NCBI GenBank assembly: GCA_965203275.1
Contig: OZ241865.1
Span: forward strand, 864,001 to 928,000
Length of the DNA: 64,000 nt
Source of the DNA: Bdellovibrionales bacterium
GTDB taxonomy: Bacteria; Bdellovibrionota; Bdellovibrionia; Bdellovibrionales; JAUICD01
Reading direction: 5' to 3'
Shown here in pieces: positions 39,840-50,388 of the stretch. The position numbers and the translations under genes are program-made. The notes beneath the pieces were generated by a model. That model searched no databases. It was not told the origin of the DNA and saw only the letters and a list, made by a program, of their open reading frames with translations. Each line of letters begins with the position of its first letter. Positions within the stretch are counted from its first letter, which is position 1.

Positions 39840-41129
39840 TCAAATTCCAAGAGAGCGGTTTGTTTCATTCATAAAGAATTGCCTATAACTTTCAGGTGTA
39901 TTTAAAACATTTCCATTTTGATCTATTTTGATAGAATGAATATTGACTTCCATGTTTTTACGTTCAAAAAACAAAATAGATATATCTTCTGGTTTTAATT
40001 TAGTCTTTTTATCTCGAATATCCATTCTTATGCGATCCATAAGATGATCACTATGAGTTTCAATTAACATTTGTGCCTTTTTATTAGATGCTATTTGACA
40101 AAATAGACTGCCTAAGGCAGCTTGAGCCGAAGGGTGAAGATGTACTTCTGGTTGTTGTAGTAAAGATATAGAAGGGCTATTGTCCATTAACAATAGTAAT
40201 TCTGCAATCACAGGTAAAACTTGACTAACTCCATAACCCACATCAATCAAATTTCTTTTTGGACCCTTTGTATGTTTTACTTGAATTTGAAAAGGACCAC
40301 TCCCTGTTTTTTCAAATCTTTTAATAGAAATTTCATCAAATAGACCAGCATTTTGACCGAATGCTTCAAGTTTTTTTTTAAGTGACTTCCATATTTCTGG
40401 ATCTTGCAAAGCAATCTCTGCAAGATACATAGGAATATTTGCCCCTTCAGAATCTTGTATAAGTTGTGTAGGATTATATGTTCTTTTAGGTTTAGAACGT
40501 ACAGGGGCACTAGCATAAGGATCGCTATGATGACGCTCTAAAAACTTCTGAGCAATAGATATTATAGATTTTAAATGCTTGGAATCTATATCAGAGAGTT
40601 TCTTTCGACCCCAGTTAAGGTCAGGAGGAACTATGCGTCTATGTAAAAAACCAGAGAACTCAAACAAACCACGGTTTGTTGTACTTTTCCAAGTTCTATT
40701 TGGTGTGCTAAATTTTAACTTTTTTGAACGAATATCTGATTCTATCCAAACATCTTTCACTTGATGAGATAGCTTTTCTTTTATTGAGAAAGGATGAATG
40801 CTCTTAGAATCTTCTTTGCCAAAGGTGATGTCTATATTCATGGTATCTTTATTATCAGTAAAAGCCAATCCTGCTTCAAATTCACTTAATGCTTGGTTTT
40901 TGCTGTTTTGATGGTGGATGATTTCATTTAAAGTGCCTAGGTCATAAGGCTCTTCATTAAAGTCAGGTTTTCTACCATGTACAGTATTCATAAGTATGCG
41001 GAGCATAGCCATAAGGGAGGTTTTACCAGTGCTATTCTCTCCCATAAGTAATGTAAGAGGTGCTAAACGTATGGTTTGTAAGTCTTTAAAACATCTAAAG
41101 TTTTTAAGCTTCATTTGACTGATAAACAT
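39840..41129 (-). CDS. ABC/AAA-type ATPase (DUF3696-like tail)
   Basis: LKNFRCF, GENSTGKT, VGYGVSQVLP, QQPEVHLHP, IETHS. Confidence 0.85.
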   Translation of the reverse strand: MFISQMKLKNFRCFKDLQTIRLAPLTLLMGENSTGKTSLMAMLRILMNTVHGRKPDFNEEPYDLGTLNEIIHHQNSKNQALSEFEAGLAFTDNKDTMNIDITFGKEDSKSIHPFSIKEKLSHQVKDVWIESDIRSKKLKFSTPNRTWKSTTNRGLFEFSGFLHRRIVPPDLNWGRKKLSDIDSKHLKSIISIAQKFLERHHSDPYASAPVRSKPKRTYNPTQLIQDSEGANIPMYLAEIALQDPEIWKSLKKKLEAFGQNAGLFDEISIKRFEKTGSGPFQIQVKHTKGPKRNLIDVGYGVSQVLPVIAELLLLMDNSPSISLLQQPEVHLHPSAQAALGSLFCQIASNKKAQMLIETHSDHLMDRIRMDIRDKKTKLKPEDISILFFERKNMEVNIHSIKIDQNGNVLNTPESYRQFFMNETNRSLGI

Positions 41130-41174
41130 TGCATTTGTCCCTTTTAGGTTCTGTAGAAGCTTTTAGGTCAAAAG

Positions 41175-41588
41175 TTAGAATTTAATGCCAATGAATTTTT
41201 TGGTTCTACCCTCAGGTTTAACAAAATCAATACAGCAAGTGATGATCCTGCCTTTATTTTTGACGGCAAAAGGTGATGTGGGATGTATAGCCTCAAATGT
41301 AGAATAGTCAGCAAATTTAAGCTCTTCCTTTGTTAAAATCAAAGATAAAAGCTCTTTAACTCTATCCTCACTTTGACCTATAAAACTTTGAAAAAAACGA
41401 AAAGACCTTTCATTAACATTGTTTTCTGGGTCAAGATCTTCTAGCTTTGTTTCATTCATGCCCAATAGCTCAGCAAAGCTAACTTTGTGTGACATGGTTG
41501 TCACAGCATCTTTAAAAGGAGCTTCTTTTTGATCATCTTGGTTATGTTTGGTGTTCTGAGATTTTGATTTGGTGTTTTTAAATAACAT
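41175..41588 (-). CDS. Hypothetical protein resembling a truncated Rpn N-terminal domain
   Basis: VKELLSLILTKEELKFADYSTF resembles ILDLLRLVLNSEEFELFDWSTL in 24858-25370. Confidence 0.5.
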   Translation of the reverse strand: MLFKNTKSKSQNTKHNQDDQKEAPFKDAVTTMSHKVSFAELLGMNETKLEDLDPENNVNERSFRFFQSFIGQSEDRVKELLSLILTKEELKFADYSTFEAIHPTSPFAVKNKGRIITCCIDFVKPEGRTKKFIGIKF

Positions 41589-41645
41589 TTATCCTATCCT
41601 CCTTGATTTAAAGTTTTTATAAACTCATCGCAAATTTTATCTTTT

Positions 41646-41704
41646 AATTAAATACACAATTAAATAATTAAATACACAATTAAATAATTAAATACACAAT
41701 TAAA
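41646..41704. repeat. 20-bp tandem repeat x3 (AATTAAATACACAATTAAAT)
   Basis: Direct reading. Confidence 0.9.
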
Positions 41705-41772
41705 CTAAAAAGTCACCCGTTATTTTCCTAATTCCTGATGGATGACTTTAGCTTCCTTGTTGTCAGTTAATG

Positions 41773-42396
41773 TCAAAAACCCAGATCCAGCAATAGGAGA
41801 TTCATCAGAAAATCATTATTAGTTGGATATTCAGCAGTGCCAGAATTACGTTCTTGACATCTACTTATCTCTTCTTCAAAGCCGGTAGAAAAACGCTCTA
41901 CTTCATTTCGTATCGCATTATTTCTTTGTACAACTGTCATTTCTTGTTCTTCATCAAATTCTTCATCAAAATTAAACCCTACTATTTTATTTCTTAAGAG
42001 CAATCTACGGGCATGGAGGATACAAGAAGGATCCAGACTATCTAAATTATTTTCAAAATTTTGTAAAATCATTTGATCCTCATGATTACTACCTTTACAT
42101 TCTTCCACTTGAGCCTGAAACTGTTCTCTGTGACCCTCAAACCATTCTAAACTCGGAGGGTTAGTACTATTTGATAATATTGAGTTAGCAAGATTGTCAA
42201 AATTGCATCCTCTATAAGCATATCTTAGTCGTGATATTGACCGTTTAATATATAAAATGTCATGATCACGATCTTTACCAGGAGGCAATTCTCTTTGGAT
42301 TGCTTCATTAACCCTATTAACCTGTGGGATAGACTCTTCACTATAGCCAATTAGAATCACTAATGATAAACTTAAAATACTTAAAATGTTTTTCAT
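41773..42396 (-). CDS. Secreted hypothetical protein
   Basis: AAGGAG RBS, signal peptide, paired Cys. Confidence 0.65.
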   Translation of the reverse strand: MKNILSILSLSLVILIGYSEESIPQVNRVNEAIQRELPPGKDRDHDILYIKRSISRLRYAYRGCNFDNLANSILSNSTNPPSLEWFEGHREQFQAQVEECKGSNHEDQMILQNFENNLDSLDPSCILHARRLLLRNKIVGFNFDEEFDEEQEMTVVQRNNAIRNEVERFSTGFEEEISRCQERNSGTAEYPTNNDFLMNLLLLDLGF

Positions 42397-42904
42397 GATA
42401 CTTCTCCTTTTTTAATGTTTAATAAATGATTTAATAAATAAAAACTTCTTTTACCTTCTAAAGTTCTAAAATTTTATAAATTTCTAAAATTTTATAATAT
42501 CACTATATCACTTCAGAACAAAAGTCAAGACACATTTTAAATTTTTCTAAAATTTATAAAACAACATGTAAGATTTACATGTATTTGCCGGATGGCATCC
42601 CGGGGATGGACATTTAGAAGATCGCAAGTTATATCTCTTTGGTCGTATTTATTATGGCAATATCAAAAACAAAAAAACTTAATTCAGGACAAGATAAAAA
42701 ACTGGAATTTATCCGGTCAAGTCGTAGTCTGATAAGTTATCAATCTTTAAATGTATCTAAAGACTCCCTATTTGCTAACTTCTTACTATCTAAATAAATC
42801 TTTTATAGAAAATACTTGACTATTATAATTGATGGGTTTATGAGGTTTTATGATTCATTAAGTCTATCCATTAAACCAATTATAATAAACAGGAGGATTA
42901 TATT

Positions 42905-43357
42905 ATGGCGAACAAAATTCTTTTAATAACAATAGTATGTTTTTGTTTCTTTACTAAACCCTTATTTGCTCAAGACGAGACAAACGTCAATCATCAAGAC
43001 AATGATAGCAGTAGCTCTTTAATAAGTGCCAGTTATGATATAGAGACCCGGGAGGCCCGCCGGATAGAAGACCTACTGTCTTTAATAAGTGCCAGTTATA
43101 CTGGAGATATAGAGACTGTAAAGTCATCGCTAGTGGCCGGAGCTAACGTCAATCATCAACACGAATGGGTTAGTGGATTTACGGCTTTAATAATAGCTAG
43201 TATGAGAGGCCATGTTGATATTGTAAGGTTATTGCTAGATGCCGGTGCGGATGTCAATCTTCAAGACAAATTTGGCGAGACGGCTTTATGGTATGCTAGT
43301 AAGAATCATCATATTGAAATTGAAAGACTATTAAGAGAGGCCGGAGCTACAGAATAA
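42905..43357 (+). CDS. Secreted ankyrin-repeat protein
   Basis: AGGAGG RBS, signal peptide, GFTALIIASMRGHVDIVRLLLDAGADVN. Confidence 0.9.
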   Translation: MANKILLITIVCFCFFTKPLFAQDETNVNHQDNDSSSSLISASYDIETREARRIEDLLSLISASYTGDIETVKSSLVAGANVNHQHEWVSGFTALIIASMRGHVDIVRLLLDAGADVNLQDKFGETALWYASKNHHIEIERLLREAGATE

Positions 43358-43565
43358 GACCAATTCTATATTTGTCTTAATTTTTGTTTTTTCGTATGAT
43401 GACAATATAAAAAACCTAAAAATAAGGGGAAAAACGAAATTTCAGATAAATAAATCAATGCTAGAGATAATATTAAGCTAAAAGTTGCTATTTGTGGATA
43501 TTGTGTTTTGGTTTCATTTAGGGTATTTGTATTATGTTTAAAGATATAAAGGGAGGTTCAAAGTT

Positions 43566-44240
43566 ATGACAGAGAGAATTTTATTACAATTAACAATAGA
43601 TGCTATTTTCAAAGCTTTTTTTGAAAAGAGAGAAGACCTTTTAATTTCACTGGTAGAGAATTTTGTGCCTTTGCCTAAGGGTTCTGTGATAGAGGGTGTT
43701 TCATTATTAAACACAGAGCTTCTTCCCGATAAAGTTCCAGACGAATACAAATCCTTTACTTTAGATTTGCGTGTAAAATTAAGAAGACGGATCAGAGGTG
43801 TTCTCCAAAATACAGAGATTGTCCATGTAGAAGTTCAGACGACAAGTCAAAAGTTTTTTACAGATCGGATATTAGTTTATGCTTCTAGGGCTTATTCTGG
43901 TCAGATAAAGAAAGGCGAAGATTTTAATAAATTACTTCCTGTGTATTCACTTGTTTTTACGACAGCTAATTTAAAAGAATTTGCAGGGATAAAGGATTAC
44001 TATCATATCTGCAATATCCGTCGGACAAAACCACCAGAAGTGATTATGTCTCGTGGATTGTGTTTTGTCATTGTAGAATTAGGCAAGTTTCAGTCAAGTT
44101 TGCATGAATTATTTGACAAAAAGGCAGATTGGTGTTATCTTTTAAAGAACTCTGGTAATATGGATTTAAAGGAGTATACCAATTTTCAGAATAAAAGGGA
44201 TCCTTCTTCTGGGATCTGGCAACCCGGCATCAGGTCCTAA
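43566..44240 (+). CDS. Rpn-family nuclease N-terminal part, near-identical copy of 28492-29166
   Basis: Three amino-acid differences seen; same truncating insertion. Confidence 0.88.
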   Translation: MTERILLQLTIDAIFKAFFEKREDLLISLVENFVPLPKGSVIEGVSLLNTELLPDKVPDEYKSFTLDLRVKLRRRIRGVLQNTEIVHVEVQTTSQKFFTDRILVYASRAYSGQIKKGEDFNKLLPVYSLVFTTANLKEFAGIKDYYHICNIRRTKPPEVIMSRGLCFVIVELGKFQSSLHELFDKKADWCYLLKNSGNMDLKEYTNFQNKRDPSSGIWQPGIRS

Positions 44241-44392
44241 AACTGAACTTTTTCCTTAACATTGTGTTAAAAAAGGAAAGGATCCTTCCTACTAAAAATA
44301 AACGGATTTTTGAGGTATTGCTCTTTTTGGACAGCGTAAGCTGTCAGAGCAATGCCCAAAAACAGCCAGAGGCTGGTTTATTTTTAGTGAGA
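44197..44392 (+). repeat. Structured repeat inserted in Rpn gene
   Basis: Matches 29122-29318. Confidence 0.9.
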
Positions 44393-44407
44393 ATAAAAGG
44401 AGGCGTT

Positions 44408-44806
44408 ATGGCAGAGGCAGCAAAGCATTTATGGATATTATCAAAAGATGAGACATTACAGGAACTTGCAATGGTGAAAGAGAGAGACAGAAAAGATCAA
44501 GCAGCCAGAGAAGATGATGCTTATGAGGAAGGGATGAAGAAAGGTCGTAAGGAAGGGATGGAGAAAGGTCGTAAGGAAGGGATGGAAAAAGGGATGGAAA
44601 AAGGGATGGAGAAAGGAATAGAAAAAGGGATGGAAAAAGGGATGGAGAAAGGAATGGAAAAAGGGATGGAAAAAGGGATGGAGAAAGGTCGTAAGAAAGG
44701 AATGGAAAAAGTAGCACTAAATATGTTGAAAGAAAATCTCAATATTTCATTGATCTCTACAATGACAGGTTTATCCAAAGATGACATTCTCAAGCTGAAA
44801 AAATAA
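44408..44806 (+). CDS. Small C-terminal Rpn product (Rpn_S-like) with expanded GMEK repeats
   Basis: AAGGAGG RBS, MAEAAKHLW, 12-bp repeats. Confidence 0.8.
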   Translation: MAEAAKHLWILSKDETLQELAMVKERDRKDQAAREDDAYEEGMKKGRKEGMEKGRKEGMEKGMEKGMEKGIEKGMEKGMEKGMEKGMEKGMEKGRKKGMEKVALNMLKENLNISLISTMTGLSKDDILKLKK

Positions 44807-44809
44807 ATT

Positions 44810-45527
44810 ACCCAAAAGTGGCCAGAGGATTATCCCTAACCCCACCCACCACCCTTTGATTCTGCTTTCCCATTTGTATGTTTTTCATGAGTGAAATGCG
44901 AAGGCAGGCTTCCGAAGTCCTCAACCTTCGCTTGCTTTTGGAGAGCAAGCGGGTCTGCGGAAGATCTCCAGCCTGCATCCGCATTTCACTCATAATATTT
45001 ATATTTTTTGAAAGTTACGCAGAATCTGAGAAAAAATAAAAAAACAAAAAGAAAGGAACTTTTTCCTTAACATTTCACTCAAAGTGAACTGACCTCTGGT
45101 CACTTTCTGGTTGCCAGCCGAAGGCTATCGCCTTCTCAAATGCTGACAACCTAGAAAGCTTGACCACTTTTAGTAATAAGGATCCTTTTATTCCTCTACA
45201 CCATGTTAGGGAAACAAGATATGCTTCTAACTTTTTGTGGAGCAAACGGGATGCAAGAAAGGAACTTTTTCCTTAACATGGAGTTAAGGGACGAAGAGAT
45301 CCTCCTTACTAAAAGTGGTCAGGCTTTCTAGGCAATGACCATTTTGCCAATGGCGAAATGTCAAAGTGAAATAAATATCTTGTTTCCTTAACATGGGGTT
45401 AAGAGACGAAGGGATCCTCTCTACTAAAAGTGGTCAGGCTTTCTAGGCAATGACCATTTTGCCAATGGCGAAAGCCATTGCGGTCATTGCCAGAAAGTAG
45501 CCAGAGGCTAGACCACTTTTAGTGAGA
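44810..45527. repeat. Cluster: long second-family hairpin (44858-45026) plus structured repeats
   Basis: Full copies ~45073-45215 and ~45381-45527; ATGAGTGAAATGCG/CGCATTTCACTCAT helix. Confidence 0.9.
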
Positions 45528-45564
45528 AAAAAGGCAAAGCAATTTACAGATGCTTTGCCTTTTT
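45528..45564. terminator. Bidirectional intrinsic terminator
   Basis: AAAAAGGCAAAGCA...TGCTTTGCCTTTTT. Confidence 0.8.
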
Positions 45565-45635
45565 ATTATGATACTCTTTGATGTGATTGCATGGCCTTGC
45601 TTTGTGATCTCAAGATGCTTTTTTTAATGTTGATG

Positions 45636-45839
45636 TTATTGTTGTATAAAATCCTGGATTTTGCCAACTGTACTCGTTACTAAACCTTGTATAGAACCCT
45701 CAAAATGACCTCTAAACATAGTTGCAATAGCTACGACAACTACAAGTAACAAAATGTACTCTGTAGCTCCCTGTGCTGATTCATCTTTCCAAAACCTTGT
45801 TGCAACAACCTTAAAATTATTTTTCAACTTATTAAACAT
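45636..45839 (-). CDS. flp: Flp family (Tad) pilin
   Basis: FWKDESAQG|ATEYILLLVVVVAI; GGAGG RBS. Confidence 0.88.
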   Translation of the reverse strand: MFNKLKNNFKVVATRFWKDESAQGATEYILLLVVVVAIATMFRGHFEGSIQGLVTSTVGKIQDFIQQ

Positions 45840-46271
45840 GTTAACCTCCCTTAAGATTACACGATTTTAAATACATTCATACAATACTTAAACGTAATTG
45901 CTAGAGCTTATGTAGAGCTAACGTGAAGAAAACCTAACAATTCCCCTATATGCAAAAAGACACCGATGAAACGTACTATTAAATAAGACTTTAAAGATAA
46001 CCTTAAGCTATCTTTATTTCAAAAAGGACGATACGTACCACGGGGAATAAAGATAAGATAGTACCCTTTGCTTTATATTTATAGAATAAACGACTTTTTT
46101 CTATAATGCAAGACTTTTTTAAAAAAAATATAAAAAAAGTTATTTTCTGTCTCAATATGAGACACTCTCTCATAAAACCTGCTTTTAAAAGGGAGTTTTT
46201 AAGTAAGATTTTCTTTGCTTCTTTCTTTATTTTATTGTATAGCTCTATATATAAAAGAAGGAACTTAAGCT

Positions 46272-48107
46272 ATGCTTCCAATAATCCAGGACTCCAATGT
46301 ATTTAAAGAAAGAGTACGTCAAGCAACTGACCTTGCAGATGTGGCTTCTCAGTTCACCCAAATGAAATTAATTGGAAGAACTCTTAAAGGGCTGTGTCCC
46401 TTGCCAGGCCATACAGAAAAAACCCCTAGCTTTACTATACACAGAGATATGTCTTACTATTATTGCTTTGGCTGTCAAAGAGGAGGCGATGTTTTTCAGT
46501 TTGCTCAAGATGTCATGGGCTTGTCTTTTAAAGAAGCCCTAGAGCTGTTTGCTCAAAAAGCAGGTATCCCCCAGCCCACCTATTACACAAACTACAAAAT
46601 TTCTCAAAATTCTCAAAATGAAACACTTTACGAAAAAAAAGTAGCTTTTTTAAAAGTCAATAAACTAGCTAACAATATTTTTCAAAATAATCTAAAAAAC
46701 CTGCCCCCCCATCACACAGTTTTAGCTTATCTTCGAAAAAGAAACCTCCATCCAGAAACCCTTAAAAAATTTGAAATAGGTTATAGTCTGCCAGATTGGT
46801 CTGCTCTATCAAAAAAGCTATCCCATTGCAAGGACTTAGCATATCAGCTTGGGTTTATTCGCAAGTCAGATAGAGGGGACGACTATGATGTCTACAGAAA
46901 TCGTATAATGTTCCCTATCATTACAATTAGAGATGAAATTATAGGTTTTGGAGGGCGGTCTCTTGTTGAAACCAACAGGGAAGCTAAGTATATCAATAGC
47001 CCTACCTCTGATATTTTCCAAAAAGGGCAGGTCCTCTATGGACTCAAACAAGCTGCCCCTTACATACGCTCATTGGATCAAGTGATTGTGGTCGAAGGCT
47101 ATATGGATGTTGTGACCCTTTATCAAAATGGATTTTGTAATGTGGTGGGCGTTTTAGGTACTGCCCTCACCCTTGACCATGCCCATTTGCTTAAAAAATA
47201 TACAAAAAACATCATTTTGCTCTTTGACTCTGATGCAGCAGGTCAAAAGGCAGCCGAAAAAGCCCTCCCCATCCTTTTAAACTATGGGCTTTACCCTCGG
47301 GTACTCAAAATGCCTGACGGACAGGATCCCGATAGTATTATGAAACAATGGGGCAGGGAAAAGTTTCAAAAACAGCTTTCTAATTGTTCAGATCTTTTTG
47401 ATCATATTTTAAAACATTATATTGCCCAAAAAAGACTAACTCCTACCGTCGCTTTAGATGTCTTAGATCGTATGGGACCTATTATGACTTCCATGCAAGA
47501 TAACCAGCTTAAATACATGTATATTCAAAGACTTGCAGATAGTCTTCGTATCACTCCCTCAATGGTGAGAAGCCATTTTTCACCTCAAAAAACAAAAAAA
47601 ACATATAATTTTTACGCAGAAAAAGCCGATCAAAGAAAACAAATAAAAAAAAAGGAAAAAATCACAGCACAGTTAGAAAAATCTGTCCACACAGCAGAAA
47701 TGATGGTGGCTGCTATTGTGGCTAATGAACCACAATATTTGAAGATATTAGAAGAAGAAGATATGCTAGAGAAGTTTTCCTCTGAAAAAATTTCAGGATT
47801 TTTGAAAAAAATACAGGATATGAGTAGACATCAAAAGGTGGATTTAGGTAACCTACTGTCAAGCTCCACACTCTTAAATGATAAATTTGTTGCTCATGCT
47901 AATACAAAGCTTGACACGCAACTTATTGAATATATTATGAAAGTTGCTAGTTACAAGGATATATCTCAAACGGATAAATTATTTAGAGATGCTGTGAAGC
48001 GTATAAAGGAACACTTTTTGAAAGAAGAAGGAAGGGTCCATGCGGAAAATTTAAACCAGTTTATGGAAATTCAAAAAACAAGACAAAATATTTTAAATAG
48101 CCGATAA
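46272..48107 (+). CDS. dnaG: DNA primase
   Basis: CPLPGHTEKTPSF..CFGC, KYINSP, VVEGYMDV, FDSDAAG, DPD. Confidence 0.97.
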   Translation: MLPIIQDSNVFKERVRQATDLADVASQFTQMKLIGRTLKGLCPLPGHTEKTPSFTIHRDMSYYYCFGCQRGGDVFQFAQDVMGLSFKEALELFAQKAGIPQPTYYTNYKISQNSQNETLYEKKVAFLKVNKLANNIFQNNLKNLPPHHTVLAYLRKRNLHPETLKKFEIGYSLPDWSALSKKLSHCKDLAYQLGFIRKSDRGDDYDVYRNRIMFPIITIRDEIIGFGGRSLVETNREAKYINSPTSDIFQKGQVLYGLKQAAPYIRSLDQVIVVEGYMDVVTLYQNGFCNVVGVLGTALTLDHAHLLKKYTKNIILLFDSDAAGQKAAEKALPILLNYGLYPRVLKMPDGQDPDSIMKQWGREKFQKQLSNCSDLFDHILKHYIAQKRLTPTVALDVLDRMGPIMTSMQDNQLKYMYIQRLADSLRITPSMVRSHFSPQKTKKTYNFYAEKADQRKQIKKKEKITAQLEKSVHTAEMMVAAIVANEPQYLKILEEEDMLEKFSSEKISGFLKKIQDMSRHQKVDLGNLLSSSTLLNDKFVAHANTKLDTQLIEYIMKVASYKDISQTDKLFRDAVKRIKEHFLKEEGRVHAENLNQFMEIQKTRQNILNSR

Positions 48108-48394
48108 GTAAGGAGTAGGGTTTATAAATTATGTGATGCAAGTTTTATTTAATGAAGTTAATGAAGAATTTAATATGGTTTAATAAAGTTAATGAAGAAT
48201 TTAATGAAGACATGACAAAATAAATATGAAAAAATATAATGTTAATAATATGACAAAATAATGCGACAAAAAATAATGTGACAAAATAAAAACCCAAAAA
48301 ATGAGAAATATAAATAAAAAATACATTGCAAAAAAATAAATATATTGCATAAATAAATTTGAAAGAGATATGATAAAGCAAAGAGGTTTAAAAA

Positions 48395-50356
48395 GTGAAA
48401 AAAGTATCTAAAAACTCATCTCATGTTAAAGTTTCTTCGCATCATCAGAAGACAAAAGGCACACCTGCTTTAAAAGTTGGTAGTCATAAGCATCCTTCTA
48501 CTCGCAGGATGTTAGCTCACACCAAATTAATCCACCCTAAGAAAAAAATTAAAAAGCTCTCTATTGATCAGCAAGTAGAATTATTTAAAACTGAGTTACC
48601 TATCTTATTAAAAGGCAGAAAAAATCTTACTGTAGATGAAATTGAAAAAACACTTTCTCCTGAAATCCAATCGGCTTATATTTTAGATAAGTTAATGGCA
48701 ACCCTCCATAAAAAAGGCATCCATATTATCTCTGAAGCACCTGATAAAAAGGTAGCTCCAGCCACTTCTACACACGATGAATTTGCATTAGGCTCTACAA
48801 CTGGGGAGGAGGAAGAACATTTAGAAGAAATCTCAAAAGACATGAAAATCAACGACCCTGTGCGTATGTACTTAAAAAAGATGGGAGGTGTTTCGCTCCT
48901 TACAAGAGAAGGGGAGATTCAAATTGCACAGCGGATTGAAAGAGGCGAAAGGCAAATTGTATGTTCTATGTTGCTTTCTCCTATTGGTACATCTGAAATT
49001 ATTCAGTTAGATCAAAGGTTGCAAGAAGGTCGCTTGAAAGTCAAAGCTATCTTTAGAGGTCTTGAAGATGAAGACTCTCACCATCACTATGACGAGCAAG
49101 AACATATTAAAAAAATCCACAAGTTGATTGGTCTTGTCAAAGTCTATCGCTCAAAAGCTGCTTCTCTTTTTAAAATTCTTAAGGATGATTACAGCAACAC
49201 TCATAAGAGAAGACTTGCCGAAGAGAAACTTGTTGTTTTAAACAATCAGCTAATGAAACGATTTGAAGAAATTAACTTTAACAGAAAGATCATTAACCGT
49301 ATTGTGATTAAGTTTAAGAATCTTGTGCATCGTATGTCTGAACTCCAATTGCGTAAAAGAAGAGCTATAGAAATCACACATTCTAATAACTTTCAATCTT
49401 TAATGAGGGAAGGTGAAGCCTTCTATCAAAAAGGTAAAAGACCTCCTGTCCTCAATAATGGAGCAGGTTTATCTCCAGAGGCTTATCAAAAGCATTTTCT
49501 TCAAGCTATGGATGCTCACAAAAGACTCAAACGCCTTGTGGAAGATACTCAAATGAATTATGAATGGATTAAAAGCACTTATTTGTCTATTTGGAAAGGT
49601 GAACGGGCTGCTGATACGGCTAAGGCAGAGCTTGTAGAAGCTAATCTAAGGCTTGTTGTTTCTATTGCTAAAAGATATACCAACAGAGGTTTGCAGTTTT
49701 TGGATTTGATTCAAGAGGGGAATATTGGTTTGATGAAAGCTGTTGAAAAATTTGAATACCGCAGAGGGTATAAGTTTTCTACTTATGCTACTTGGTGGAT
49801 TAGACAAGCTATTACTCGTGCTATTGCAGATCAAGCACGCACTATTCGTATTCCTGTTCACATGATTGAAACAATCAATAAGCTTATTCGCACTTCTCGA
49901 TCTTTGATTCAAGAGCTAGGTCGAGAACCCTTACCAGAAGAAATAGCAGCTAAAATGGATTTGCCAGTTGACAAAGTTAGAAAGGTCTTAAAAGTTGCTA
50001 AAGAGCCTATCAGCCTTGAGATTCCTGTAGGTGAAGAAGAAGACTCTCACTTAGGAGACTTTATTGAAGATAAAAAAGTCATCAATCCTTCCGAAGCTGT
50101 TTCTAGCATTCATTTAGCTAAACAGGTACGTAAAGTGCTTGTGACTCTAACAGAGAGAGAAGAAAAGGTCTTGCGTATGCGGTTTGGTATTGGTGAAGAA
50201 AATGACCATACTTTAGAAGAGGTTGGTCAGGATTTTAATGTGACAAGAGAAAGAATCCGACAGATTGAATCTAAAGCACTGCGGAAACTACGCCATCCAT
50301 CTCGCTTTAAAGAGTTAAGCCACTTTTTAGATGCTCTAGAAAATAGAAATGCTTAA
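48395..50356 (+). CDS. rpoD: Primary sigma factor RpoD
   Basis: [43 protein letters not shown]. Confidence 0.98.
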   Translation: MKKVSKNSSHVKVSSHHQKTKGTPALKVGSHKHPSTRRMLAHTKLIHPKKKIKKLSIDQQVELFKTELPILLKGRKNLTVDEIEKTLSPEIQSAYILDKLMATLHKKGIHIISEAPDKKVAPATSTHDEFALGSTTGEEEEHLEEISKDMKINDPVRMYLKKMGGVSLLTREGEIQIAQRIERGERQIVCSMLLSPIGTSEIIQLDQRLQEGRLKVKAIFRGLEDEDSHHHYDEQEHIKKIHKLIGLVKVYRSKAASLFKILKDDYSNTHKRRLAEEKLVVLNNQLMKRFEEINFNRKIINRIVIKFKNLVHRMSELQLRKRRAIEITHSNNFQSLMREGEAFYQKGKRPPVLNNGAGLSPEAYQKHFLQAMDAHKRLKRLVEDTQMNYEWIKSTYLSIWKGERAADTAKAELVEANLRLVVSIAKRYTNRGLQFLDLIQEGNIGLMKAVEKFEYRRGYKFSTYATWWIRQAITRAIADQARTIRIPVHMIETINKLIRTSRSLIQELGREPLPEEIAAKMDLPVDKVRKVLKVAKEPISLEIPVGEEEDSHLGDFIEDKKVINPSEAVSSIHLAKQVRKVLVTLTEREEKVLRMRFGIGEENDHTLEEVGQDFNVTRERIRQIESKALRKLRHPSRFKELSHFLDALENRNA

Positions 50357-50388
50357 TTATTAATTTATTAATGCTTTTATTATTCATG

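Noticed and set aside
44406..44793. Antisense PFSI/LSPS repeat ORFs (also 29447, 30746, 30861, 24243) and other short ORFs nested in genes
   Set aside because: Shadow frames of repetitive or real coding sequence.
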